NCBI RefSeq assembly: GCF_963921235.1
Contig: NC_086097.1
Location: 80,106,001 to 80,170,000 of the forward strand
DNA: 64,000 nucleotides
DNA from: Mobula hypostoma
Taxonomy: Eukaryota
Reading direction: 5' to 3'
This document shows, in pieces, positions 1-13,069 of this stretch. Each line of letters begins with the position of its first letter. Position 1 is the stretch's first letter. Both the position numbers and the translations under genes were made by a program. Under the pieces are notes generated by a model. It saw only the letters and a list, made by a program, of their open reading frames with translations. It searched no databases and was not told the origin of the DNA.

Positions 1-650
1 CCCTAACATCCTGCAAGAGATCCCTAAACATCGACCACGTGTCCATAGTACATTTCCCTGCAAAAACATCATCCCAATTCACACCCACAAGTTCGAGCAT
101 TATAGCCTCATAATTTGCCCTTCCCCAATTAAAGATTTTCCTGTCCTCTCTGATTCTATCCTTTTCCATGATAATGCCCAGGAGCGATGGTCACTGTCCC
201 CCAGATGCTCACCCACTGAGAGATCTGTGACCTGACCCGGTTCATTACCTAATACTAGATCTAGTATGGCATTCCCCCTAGTCAGCCTGTCAACATACTG
301 TGACAGGAATCCGTCCTGGGCACACTTAACAAACTCTGCCCCGTCTGAACCATTGGAACTAATCAGGTGTCAATCAATATTAGGGAAGTTAAAGTCACCC
401 AAGATAACAACCCTGTTATTTTTCACCTTTCCAAAATCTGCCTCCCAATCTGCTCCTCTGTATCTCTGCTACAGTAACTGCTCCCTTCCTGTTCCTAACA
501 TCCACCGATACTTATTCAAAAGAGGACCCTGCTACATAACCCACCCTTTCTATAGCTATAATAGTATCCCTGACCAGTAATGCCACCCCTCCTCCCCTCC
601 CCTGCCGTCCCTTTTAAAGCACTGAAATCCAGGAATATTGAGAATCCATT
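1..650 (-). mobile_element. CR1 LINE fragment (ORF2 endonuclease region)
   Basis: Minus strand encodes APE-type motifs (VILGDFNFP at ~395-415; EHLGDSDH at ~190-215). Interrupted at ~650 by the tail of a younger CR1. Confidence 0.8.
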
Positions 651-2430
651 AGACAATAGACAATAGGTGCAGGAGTAGGCCATTCGGCCCTTCGAGCCAG
701 TACCGCCATTCACTGTGATCATGGCTGATCATCCACTATCAGTATCCCGTTCCTGCCTTACCTCCATAACCTTTGATTCCACTAACTTTAAGAGCTCTAT
801 CCATCTCTTTTTTGAAAGCATCCAGAGACTTGGCCTCCACAGCCTTCTGGGGCAGAGCATTCCATATATCCACCACTCTCTGGGTGAAAAAGTTTTTCCT
901 CAACTCAGTTCTAAATGGTCTACCCCTAATTCTTAAACTGTGGCCTCTGGTTCTGGACTCACCCATCAGCGGGAACATGCTTCCTGCCTGCAGCGTGTCC
1001 AATCCCTTAATAATCTTATATGTTTCAATAAGATCCCCTCTCAGCCTTCTAAATTCCAGAGTATACAAGCCCAGTCGCTCCAATCTTTCGACATATGACA
1101 GTCCCGCCATCCCGGGAATTAACCTTGTGAACCTACGCTGCACTCCCTCAATAGCAAGAATATCCTTCCTCAAATTTGGAGACCAAAACTGCACACAGTA
1201 CTCCAGGTGTGGTCTCACCAGGGCCCTGTACAGCTGCAGAAGGACCTCTTTGCTCTTATACTCATTTCCCCTTGTTATGAAGGCCAGCATGCCATTAGCT
1301 TTTTTCACTGCCTGCTGTACTTGCATGCTTGCTTTCAGTGACTGATGTACAAGAACACCTAGATCTCGTTGTGCTTCTCCTTTTCCTAACTTGACTCCAT
1401 TTAGATAATAATCTGCCTTCCTGTTCTTACCACCAAAGTGGATAACCTCACATTTATCCACGTTAAACTGCATCTGCCATACATCTGCCCACTCATCCAG
1501 CCTGTCCAAGTCACCCTGCATTCTCATAACATCCTCCTCACATTTCACACGGCCTCCCAGCTTTGTGTCATCGGCAAATTTGCTAATGTTACTTTTAATT
1601 CCCTCATCTAAATCATTAATATATATTGTAAACAGCTGCGGTCCAAGCACTGAACCCTGCAGTACCCCACTGGTCACCGCCTGCCATTCCAATAGGGACC
1701 CGTTAATCGCTACTCTTTGTTTTCTGTCAGCCAGCCAATTTTCAATCCATGTCAGTACTCTGCCCCCAATACCACGTGCCCTAATTTTGCCCACTAATCT
1801 CCTATGTGGGACTTTATCAAAGGCTTTCCGAAAGTCCAGGTACACTACATCCACTGGCTCTCCCTTGTCCATTTTCATAGTTACATCCTCAAAAAATTCC
1901 AGAAGATTAGTCAAGCATGATTTCCCCTTCATAAATCCATGCTGACTCGGACCAATCCTGTTACTACTATCCAGATGTGTTGTAATTTCATCTTTTATAA
2001 TTGACTCCAGCATCTTTCCCACCACCAACGTCAGGCTAATGGGTCTATAATTCCCTGTTTTCTCTCTTCCTCCCTTCTTGAAGAGCCACCCTCCAATCCA
2101 CAGGAACTGATCCCGAATCTATAGAACATTGGAAAATGATTACCAATGCGTCCACGATTTCTAAAGCCACCTCCTTAAGTACCCTGGGATGCAGACCATC
2201 AGGTCCTGGGGACTATCAGCCTTCAGACCCAACAGCCTATCCAACACTATTTCCTGCTCAATATAAATTTCCTTCAATTCATCCATTACCCTAGGTCTTT
2301 TGGCCACTATTACATCTGGGAGATACTTTGTGTCTTACCTAGTGAAGATAGATCCAAAGTACCTGTTCAATTTCCTTGTTCCCCATAATAAATTCACCTG
2401 CTTCTGTCTTCAAGGCCCAATATTGGTCAT
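651..2430 (-). mobile_element. 5'-truncated CR1 LINE with an open RT/C-terminal ORF (739-2028, 429 aa)
   Basis: QHGF..KSCLTNL, YLDFRKAFDKVPH, GVLQGSVLGP, FADDTK, RPHLEYCVQFWSP; 3' tail (CTATTGT)n at 651-667. Confidence 0.95.
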
Positions 2431-2449
2431 TCCTGCCCTGGTGCCAGCT

Positions 2450-3020
2450 AAGTCTCTGTAATGGCCACTACATCATAATTCTATAGTATTACAGGATAAA
2501 TTGGCTGACTGGCAGGAGGCAAAGAATGGAAATAAAGGGGGTCTATTCTAGTTGTCTGCCAGTGACTGGTAGTGTTCCATAGGAGCTGGTATTGGTACCG
2601 CTTCTTTTCACGTTGTATGTCAATTTTTTGAATGGCTTTGTAGCCAATGATTTTGGGAACAACAGAGTTCATGTATGAGAAGCATTTGATGACTTTGGGC
2701 CTGTACTCACTTCAGTTTAGAAAAATGGGGAAGGAGGGGATCTCATTGAAATCTATTAAATATTGAAAGTCCTAGATAGAGTGCATGGGGAGAGGGTGTT
2801 TTCTATACTGGGTGAGTCTAGGACCAGAGGGCACAGAATAAGGGACATTAATTTATACCAGAGATGAGGAAGAACTTCCTTAGCTAAAGGGTGATGAATT
2901 TGTGGAAACCATTGCCATCGACTGCTGTGGAAGCCAAGTCATTGAGAATATTTAAAGTTCAGGTTGATAGGTTCCTGATTATTCATGGTTACAGAGAGAA
3001 GACAGGAGAATAGGGTTGAG
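2450..3020 (+). mobile_element. Degenerate CR1 RT/3' fragment
   Basis: Decayed CR1 motifs (NWLTGRRQ, GDLIEIY, RNF..RVMNLW) with stops and deletions. Confidence 0.75.
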
Positions 3021-3447
3021 TTTTGCACCCATGTTTAATGGTCTTATGGTAATGCTCACGACTCTGTTTACCAAGTAACTAGACTTCAAATATGATAAAG
3101 AAAATATCATTACAAGTAGTGCCAAAAATCACATTAACCACCATTCAGTAAATATGACAGGAAAAGCTAGTGACACTATTGCCAGAGGTGTTCAACATAA
3201 GATTTACAGGAAGATCCAAATATTTACAAACTTAGGCAGGGAAATAAACAGGCAAGGTATAATAATTGCAAAAAAAGCCTAACAGAAAGTACATTAACAA
3301 AATTACAAAAAAAAAGTGCAGAGAAAACAAGAAATAATTAAATTAGCAATTTTAATACTGTTTAATACTGTTTATTGATGGAATTTCTGAACTGCAGAAG
3401 GGGGAACAAAACAGCTTTTGGCTATTCTATAATTGGCAATTTGATAA

Positions 3448-5447
3448 TTAACCATATAACAATTACTGCACGGAAACAGGTCATCTTGGCCCTTCTAGGC
3501 CATGCCGAACTCCTACTCTCACCTCGTCCCACCGACCTACACTCGGTCCATAACCGTCCACTCCCTTCCTGTCCATATATCTATCCAATTTAACTTTAAA
3601 TGACAACATCAAACCTGCTTCAACCACTTCTGCTGGAAGCTCGTTCCACAAAACCACCACTCTCTGAGTAAAGAAGTTCCCCCTCATGTTACCCCTATAC
3701 TTTTGCCCTTTAACTCTCAACTCATGTCCTCTTGTTTGAATCTCCCCCACTCTCAATGGAATAAGCCTATCCACGTCAACTCTATCAATCCCCCTCATAA
3801 TTTTAAACACCTCTATCAAGTCTCCTCTCAACCTTCTGTGCTCCAAAGAGTAAAGACCTAACTTGTTCAACCTTTCTCTGTAACTTAGGAGATGAAACCC
3901 AGGCAACATTTTAGTAAACCTCCTCTGTACTCTCTCAATTTTATTGACATCTTTCCTATAATTCAGTGACCAGGACTGTACACATTACTCCAAATTTGGC
4001 CTTACCAATGCCTTATACTATTTCAACATTACATCCCAACTCCTATACTCAATGCTCTGATTTATAAAGGCCAGCATACCAAAAGCTTTCTTCACCACCA
4101 TATCCACATAAGATTCCACCTTCAGGGAACTATGCACCATTATTCCTAGATCCCTCTGTTTTACTGCATTCCTCAATGCCCTACCATTTACCATGTTTGT
4201 CCTATTTTGATTAGTCCTACCAAAATGTAGCACCTCACATTTTTCAGCATTAAACTCCATCTGCCATCTTTCAGCCCACTCTTCTAACTGGCCTAAATCT
4301 CTCTGCAAGTTTTGAAAACCTACTTCATTATCCACAACGCCACCTATCTTAGTATCATCTGCATACTTTCTAATCCAATTTACCACCCTATCATCCAGAT
4401 CATTAATATATATGACAAACAACATTGGACCCAGTACAGATCCCTGAGTCACACTGCTACACACCATCCTCCAATCTGACACACAGTTATCCACCACTAC
4501 TCTCTGGCGTCTCCCATCCAGCCACTGCTGAATCCATTTTACTACTTCGATATTAACACCTAACGATTGAACCTTCCTAACTAACCTTCCATGTGGAACC
4601 TTGTCAAAGGCCTTACTGAATTCCATATAGACAACATCCACCGCTTTACCCTCGTCAACTTTCCTAGTAACCTCATCAAAAAATTCAATAAGATTTGTCA
4701 AACATGACCTTCCATGCACAAATCCATGTTGATTGTTCCTAATCAGACCCTGTCTATCCAGATAATTATATATACCATCTCTAAGAATACTTTCCATCAA
4801 TTTCCCACCACTGATGTCAAACTCACAGGCCAATAATTGCTAGGTTTACTTTTAGAACCCTTTATAAACAATGGAATCACATGAGCAATACGCCAATCCT
4901 CTGGCACCATCCCCGTTTCTAATGACATTTGAAATATTTATGTCAGAGCCCCTGCTATTTCCACACTAACTTCCCTCAAGGTGCTAGGGAATATCTTGTC
5001 CGGACCCAGAGACTTATCCACTTTTATATTCCTTAAAAGAGCCAGTACTTCCTCTTCTTTAATCGTCATACCTTCCATAACTACCTTTCTTGTTTCCTTT
5101 ACCTTACACAATTCAATATCCTTCTCCTTAGTGAATACCGAAGAAATTGTTCAAAATCTCCCCATCTCGTTTGGCTCCGCACAAAACCATCCACTCTGAT
5201 TCTCTAAGGGACCAATTTTATCCCTCACTATCCTTTTGCTATTTATATAACTGTAGAAACCCTTTGGATTTATTTTCACCTTACTGGCTGAAGCTGCCTC
5301 GTATCTTCTTTTAGCTTTTCTAATTTCTTTCTTAAGATTCTTTTTACATTCTTTATATTCCTCGAGCACCTCATTAACTCCAAGCTGCCTATATTTATTG
5401 TAAGTCCCTCTCTTTTTCCGAACCAAGTTTCCTATATCCCTTGGAAA
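3448..5447 (-). mobile_element. CR1 LINE (young subfamily), 5'-truncated and frameshifted
   Basis: ORFs 3481-3909, 4018-4833 and 5151-5531 carry CR1 RT motifs (YADDTK); TTATATGGTT tail at ~3450-3460. Confidence 0.95.
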
Positions 5448-6949
5448 TTGTTGAACACATTTTCGTTCTGTATTTTTAAGAAATGTAAACTCAGTGGAAA
5501 AGTGGTATGTAATATACAGGATTACATTCATTCATAAAACTAAATACATTGTATGAAAGTTTATTTGAAAAATTATGAACAAAATCCAATTGTTTCAGCT
5601 ACTTATTATTAGCATCCATTATTAGTTCCGGTAGTCCAAACACGCAACAAGATTAAAAAAAGAACAGATATAGTATACAACAGTTTTCACAGTAAATTTC
5701 AGAACAGCTTATGTTCATTGTTAGATTATGAAAATATTGGCAGCCTCTCTCAGTGATAATAAGAATGAATAATTAAGTGGCAAATAAACTCTGGTGTAGA
5801 GACGGTGTTTAACCAGGAGTAATGTCACTAAGACCAGAAAAGCATAAGCGAAAACATCACATCAAGTTAAAGTCTGAGGTGGATACAAACAAATAAATTC
5901 ATGCCTCTAGCTATGAGGAATGTGTCAGTTATTTAAGAGAACAGCAAAATAAATGTAATGTGTTCCAAATGCCTAACAGTTAAGAGTTACAGCAAAAAGT
6001 CTGACCATAGAATAAGCAGGGAAATAAGCAAAGAGATATACAATGAACAGACAACAAAGTGCGAAGTATAAGAGGGAATAAAGGAATAGCAAACCACAAA
6101 CAAATATGGTAATGGATGAACAATACGAGGTCTAACAGCTCAAGGTCTATTGCAGAGACAAAGGGTTGCTATATTGTTGGAGATGCTGGCCTGCAAATAA
6201 CAAGATAATTATTCTGTGCAAGAATGCTAGAGATTAAAGCACCACCTGTATGTTGGACTTTGGTTACATTCAGAGAATGTTTCCAGAAGCATATAGGTAA
6301 AACAGGTAAATTGTGGAAATTAAGGCCACTCAATCCCACAGCAGGCTACAAGTAAGAGATCAGCAGCTACAGCAGCAGCAGACTGCAAATCTTAGAGGAA
6401 CTTGACAATAGAGTGAGGTTTTATGTTCAGTCAGCAATAACTGGGTGGTTTGAGGGTTGGATAGAGGAAGGCAGATCAGGTTTCAGGGTCTGAATTGATG
6501 TGAGTAGATATTTAAGGGTTTGCTTGGGGTTAGGTGGGAAGGAAAGACAAAATGGAAGAGGAAAGATTGGAGATCAGAGCCAAATACAAGACCTGGAGAC
6601 TAGATGTCTTCGGAACCGGAATAACAGCAAAGTACTGCTTCATAATTAAGTAACTGGATTCCTGCAGATCAAACTTTCCTGAGTGCAAGATTTTGCTGCC
6701 ACAATCTCAGGGCAAACCAATATTAATGCAGGAGTCTGAAGATGATATTACATTTGTAGCCATTCCGTTATTTCCAAAAAGGATGCTTTCTTAAAAGTAC
6801 TATTTAAATCAAAATTATGTAAATTGAAAACACTGGGTGAAATATATTGGGGAATTTTGATACTATGCATTCCTGTTAATGGAAAGTGGCATGCCATTGG
6901 CTTTATAGCATAATTTTTTTAAAAAGAAGATCTATGCTGAAATTTTTAT

Positions 6950-7140
6950 GAAAATCAAAAACTGCAGAAGCTGGAAATCTGAAATGTTAACAAAGAACTG
7001 AACAGATCAGGCAACATATGCAGAAACACAAACAGAACTGAGGATTCGGGTTGAGGAACCTTTGCCAGAAATGGGAATGAAGGCAAAAAGAAGGTTAGTT
7101 TAAGGACTAGAAAGATGGGGAAGGGACATACATCAAAAGG
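6950..7140 (-). mobile_element. Old Penelope-like terminal-repeat remnant
   Basis: CTGCAGAAGCTGGAAATCTG...CAGATCAGGCAACAT resembles the PLE ends at 23080, 41555 and 63002. Confidence 0.5.
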
Positions 7141-7144
7141 GATT

Positions 7145-8300
7145 TTTAAAAATTTATTCATTTACAGGATGTAAACCAGCTAAGACAGCATTTATTGCCC
7201 ATCCCTAGTTGCCCTTGAGAAGGTGGTGATGCGTGCCTTCTTAAACCACTGCAGTCCCTGAGGTGCAGGTATACCCACAGTGCTATTAGGGAGGGAATTC
7301 CATGATTCTGACCCAGCGACAATGAAGGAATGGTGATGTTTCCAAATCTGGATGGTGAATGACTTGGAGGCGGATTTTCAAATGGTGGAGTTCCCAGGGA
7401 TCTGCTGGTCTCATCCTTCTAAATGGTAGTGGTCGTGGGTCTGGAAGGTGCTGCCTTAGGAACTTTGGTGTGTTGTTGAAGTACATCTTATAGATAGTAC
7501 ACACTGCTGCAACTGTTCATCGATGGTTGATGGATTGAATGCTTGTGGAAGGGGTACCAATCAAGTGGGCTGCCTTGTATTGGAGTACAAGCTTCTTGAG
7601 TGTTGATAGGGCTGCACTCATTCAGGTGAGTATTCCATTACACTCCTGACCTGAGCCTTGTAGATGGTGGACAGGCTTTGGGGAGTCAGGAGGTGAGTTA
7701 CACGCCACAGGATTCCTAGCCTTTGACCTGCTCTGGTAGCCATGGTGTTAAAATGGCTAGACCAGTTCAGTTTCCTGTCAATGGTAACCCCCCCAGGATG
7801 TTCATAGTACAGGATACAGTGATGATGATGCCGCTGAATGTCAAGCGATGATGGTGAGAGCCTCTCTTGTTGGGGATGGTCATTGCCTGGCACTTACATT
7901 GTTGGAATTTTGCTTGCCACTTGTCAGCCCAAGCCTGGATATTGTCCAGGTCCTGCTGCATTTGGGTATGAACTGTTTCACTATCTGAGGAGTCAGGAAT
8001 GGTACAGAACATTATGCAGTCATCTGTGAACATCCCCGCTTCTGACCTTATGACAGAAGGAAGGTAATTGATGAAGTAGCTGAAGATGGTTGATCCTAGG
8101 ACACTTCCCTGAGGAACACCTGCAGAGATGTCCTGAGGATGAGATGATTGACCTCCAACCACCACAAGTATTTTCCTTTGTGTCAGGTATGATTCCAACC
8201 AGCGGAGGGTTCCCCCCCTAATTTCCATTAACTCCGTTTTAGATAGAAGCCACACTCGGTCAACTGCTGCCTTGATGTCCAGAGCTATCATTCTGACTCA
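7145..8300 (-). mobile_element. Older CR1-clade LINE, RT and 3' end
   Basis: ALDIKAAVDRVW, AGVPQGSVLG, MFTDD, KAQVRSVMEYSP in ORFs 7767-8291 and 7618-7893. Confidence 0.85.
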
Positions 8301-8716
8301 CCATATTCATGTTAAATTATCTTTATTTTCTTCTCAGCTTGGAATAAAGACATGATTTTTGGATTAGGGTCAAAACTGCAATAGAAGTTGTTGTTTTTCT
8401 CGTAGTTTAACTTTCTTTATGCTTGCACATATGCACAGTGGTGACTTTATTAGGCAGCAATTTAATCCATAAAAGTACGCAAACAAGATCAAGCGGTTTC
8501 GTTATTGTTCAGACCAAACATCAGAATATGGGAAAAATGTGATCCAAGTGACTTTGACCATGGAATAATTGCAGATTATTAGTAGATTTTTAAATTTCTT
8601 TGTCTGTAAGCCTGAGAAGTCATGGTAACATAAATCAAGACTGTCCATGTTGTTCACTGTCTGTTCCTATCAGACAAGACACTCTTATCAAACTATCTTA
8701 AACTAGTCTGCAGTGA

Positions 8717-9860
8717 AGTTCAAAGTAAGCTTATTATCAAAGTATATATATGTTGCCATATACTACCTTGAGATTCATTTTCTTGCAGAAAGAAAGAAAC
8801 ACAATAGAATTTTACAAAAATAATACAAAACCAGATAAAGAATCAAAGAACCAAACAACCGATGTGCAAAAGAAGACAAACTGTGTAAATAAAAATAATA
8901 CTGAGAACATGAGTTCTAACGAATCCTTGAAAGTGAGCCTGTAGATCACCAAATCAGTTCAGAGTAAGTTATCCATACTAGTTCAGGATCTGGATAGTTG
9001 TAGGGTATTAACTTGGTGGTATGGGACCCAAGGCTTCTGTACCTCCTGCTGGTAGCAGTGAGAAGAGGGCATGGCTTGGATGATGGGAGTCCTTGATGAT
9101 GGATGCCACTTTCTTGTGGCAGCACTCCATGTAAGAGTACTCAGGATGGGGGGGGCTTTGCTTGTAATGGACTGGGCTGTACCCATCCCCTTCTGTAGCC
9201 TTTTCCCCACTCCTGGCATTGGAGTTTCCGTATCAGGCCATGATACAATCAGTAAAGATACTCTCCGCTGTGTACCTATAGAAGTTTGTCAAAGTTTTTT
9301 TTGGCAACATGCTGAATCTACACAAACTTCTAAGAAAGCAGAGGTACTGTTATGCCTTCTCTGTGATTACGCTTATGTGCTGGTCACAGGACAGATACTC
9401 TGATGTGCTATTGCCAAGAAATCAAAGTTATGACTCTCTCCACCTCTGTTCCCCTAATCAGAACTGGCCCATGGACTTTTGGCTTCTTCATCCTATAGTC
9501 AATAATCAGCTCTTTGGTTTTGCTGACATTGAGTGATAGGTTGTTGCTGTAACATCTCTCAATTAGATTTTCAGTCTCTCTTATATGCCAATTGGTGACA
9601 ACTTTTGATTCAGCCAACAAAAGTGTCATCAGCAGACTTAAATACAGCACTGGATATGTGCTTAGCCACACAATAAGCATAAAGTGAACAGAACAGCTCT
9701 GTGGGGCAACTGTGCTGATGGTGAACGTAGAGATGTTCTAATCCATACTAAGGAGTCTGCCAGTGAGGAAATCAAGGATGCAGTTGAACTGGGACATACT
9801 GAGGCCCAGGTCTGGGATCTTAGTGATGAGTTGAGGGGATGATAATGTTGAACACTGTAT
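8717..9860 (-). mobile_element. Rex1/Babar-type LINE, 3' part
   Basis: NNLSLNVSKTKELIIDYR motif (ORF 9408-9680); same family as 48350-49300. Confidence 0.85.
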
Positions 9861-11099
9861 AAAGGGAGAATACGAGATCTCCAGACTCTTGTTACTTGCC
9901 TTATATGTGTTACATGCTGCTTTTACTTCGTGTTACTTGCTGCTACAAGTCAACACTGCTTGAACTGTACTTTGATGAACATCTAATAAAATGGCTGTAA
10001 CCGTAAGATTTGTGCGTCATTCTTAAGAAATGTTGATGGAGATTAAAGTGTACACAGCTGTTTCGCATGAGATTCTTGATAAGCAACATTATGTGATGTG
10101 AATTACTGGTATAATTTACAACCATTTGTGGATAATAAAACATAACACAATTTGCATGTATCAGCACCAAACCCTGTGATTGTTAACAGAAATCTAAATA
10201 CGTGCATCCAGCAGAGCAGTCAAAATTCACAAGGTTAGCAAATGAAACATGAAGTAACATTGTAATCATTTGACTTCTAATTTACTGTGGTATGGGTACA
10301 AATAATGTACTATAACATTTTAATACTGGATGAGCAATCAGAGGTTATAAGCTGTAAAATTAAAACATTTTAACAATCTGATGTAATTTAACATTATCGT
10401 TTGCAAACATGCAAGGCCCAACCACCTCTGTTACATGTAGCACAAATGACAATATGATTCAGTATTTGCTTGCATCACATCTGGTATAAAAACACAAAGC
10501 ACATCTTTAAACTTAGAAGAGGTGTTAAGATATTGTCACGTTAATAATGCCAAATAAGATGAAAAAATGTTTGAATATGTGTAAAACACTTGTGTAGGTG
10601 CAAAATATGCGAAACACTTGTGTAAAAGGCATCACGACAGCAAAAGTCACACCAGTACAAAATTAAGAGGGAATGGGGTTCCTCTGAGATCCAGCGTAGG
10701 CTTAATGTGCCATATGACTCTCTTGTCTGTCATGAGGAAATAGATGTAAAATATAGTATTTAAAAATCATTTCAAAATATTATGTAATCACAGAAACAAG
10801 AAAAGATCATTCAGCCTTATGAGTCGTTGCATAACTCAATAGGATGGCTGATCTCCAAAAAACACAATCCTATTGTGCTCATAGTAACTTCAAATCCAGT
10901 GTAATTGGGTGGCTTGTAGGTCCAGAACGGAAAGTGTAGTAAGTAATACTAAGGAGTACATAACAATAAACTCATCCCAGAAAGAGCTAAAATCAGAACT
11001 TGATTGAACCTCTCAAGAGGTCATGCAGCATCAATGAATAGAGAAACAAAGTTGAGATTTCAGGTTGAGCACCTGTTCCTCTTTCCACAGTTCTAATCA

Positions 11100-11543
11100 A
11101 TCATACCCTCAGTTCTAATCAACAAGCTCCAAAACTGGGCCTCTGCACCTCCCTCTGCAACTGGATCCTTGACTTTCTCACCAGTAGACCACAAGCAGAG
11201 AAGATCAGAAATAACATCTCCTCCTCACTGTCAATCAACACTGGTGCACCTCAAGGATGTGTGATTAGCCCACAGCTCTGCTCCCTCAGCAGCCACAACT
11301 GTGGCCAGGCACAGCTCAGATGTCAACTATAAGTTTGCAACCACAGAGCTATTGTTGGCAGAACTTCAGATGGTGACAAGGAGGCAAGACAGATCAGCTA
11401 GTTGAGTGGTGCTGCAACAATAATTTTGTACTCAATGGCAGTAAGTCCAACAAAATGATTGTGGACTTCAGGAAGGGGAAGTCGAGGGCACACACATCAG
11501 GCCTCATCGAGGGATCAGCTGTAGAAAGGGTGAGCAGTTTCAA
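11100..11543 (+). mobile_element. Rex1/Babar RT fragment, interrupted by CR1 and resuming at ~13027-13070
   Basis: LCNWILDFLTSRPQ and NTGAPQGCV motifs; ...VSSF at 11543 continues as KFLGINISEDLSW after the CR1. Confidence 0.85.
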
Positions 11544-13026
11544 ATGTCATTAGAGACAGGGATGGTGCCGAAGGACTGGCTTATTGCTTATATTGTTCCA
11601 TTGTTTAAAAAGGGTTCCAAGAGTAAACATAGCAATTATCGGCTTGTGAGTTTGACGTCAGTGGTGGGTAAATTGATGGAAAGTATTCTAAAAGATGGTA
11701 CATATAAGTATCTGGATCGACAGGGTCTGATTAGGAACAGTCAACATGGATTTGTGCATGGAAAGTCACGTTTGACAAATCTTATTGAATTTTTTGAAGA
11801 GGTTACTAGGAAAGTTGACGAGTGTAAAGCAGTGGATGTTGCCTATATGGACTTCAGTAAGGCCTTTGACAAGGTTCCACACGGAAGGTTAGTTAGGAAG
11901 GTTCAATCGTTAGGTATTAATATTGAAGTAGTAAAATGGATTCAGCAGTAGCTGGATGAGAGATGCCAGAGAGTAGTGGTGGATAACTGTTTGTCAGATT
12001 GGAGGCCGGTGACTAGTGGTGTGCCTCAGGGATCTGTACTGGGTCCAATGTTGTTTGTCATATATATTAATGATCTGGATGATGGGGTAGTAAATTGGAT
12101 TAGTAAGTATGCGGATGATACTAAGATAGGTGGAGCTGTGGATAATGAAGTAGGTTTTCAAAACTTGCAGAGATTTAGGCTAGTTAGAAGAGTGGGCTGA
12201 AAGATGGCAGATGGAGTTTAATGCTGATAAATGTGAGGTGCTACATTTTGGTAGGACTAATCAAAACAGGACATACATGGTAAATGGTAGGGCATTGAAG
12301 AATGCAGTCGAACAGAGGGATCTAGGAATAATGGTGCATAGTTCCCTGAAGGTGGAATCTCATGTGGATAGGGTGGTGAAGAAAGCTTTTGGTATGCTGG
12401 CCTTTATAAATCAGAGCATTGAGAATAGGAGTTGGGATGTAACGTTGAAATTGTACAAGGCATTGGTAAGGCCAAATTTGGAGTATTGTGTACAGTTCTG
12501 GTCACTGAATTATAGGAAAGATGTCAACAAAATTGAGAGAGTACAGAGAAGATTTACTAGAATGTTACCCGAGTTTCATCTCCTAAGTTACAGAGAAAGG
12601 TTGAACAAGTTGGGTCTTTATTCTTTGGAGCGTAGAAGGTTGAGAGGGGACTTGATAGAGGTATTTAAAATTATGAGGGGGATAGATAGAGTTGACGTGG
12701 ATAGGCTTTTTCCATTGAGAGTGGGGGAGATTCAAACAAGAGGACATGAGTTGAGAGTTAAAGGGCAAAAGTTTAGGGGTAACATGAGGGGAAACTTCTT
12801 TACTCAGAGAGTGGTAGCTGTGTGGAACGAACTTCCAGCAGAAGTGGTTGAGACAGGTTCGCGTTGTCATTTAAAGTTAAATTGGATAGCTATATGGACA
12901 GGAAAGGAATGGAGAGTTATGGACTGAGTGCAGGTCAGTAGGACTAGGTGAGAGTAAGAGTTCGGCACGGACTAGAAGGGCCGAGATGGCCTGTTTCTGT
13001 TCTTTAATTGTTATATGGTTATATGT
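11544..13026 (+). mobile_element. CR1 LINE (same young subfamily as 3448-5447), 5'-truncated
   Basis: ORFs 11544-11951, 11976-12200 and 12211-12927 form one RT broken by a stop and a frameshift; TTATATGGTTATATG tail. Confidence 0.95.
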
Positions 13027-13069
13027 TTTAAGTTCCTGGGGATCAACATCTCTGAAGATCTATCCTGGG

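Noticed and set aside
10575..11125. Short local duplications (AAACACTTGTGTA x2, CAGTTCTAATCAA x2; also TTTAATACTG x2 at ~3352)
   Set aside because: Two-copy slippage or repair-type duplications with no further structure.
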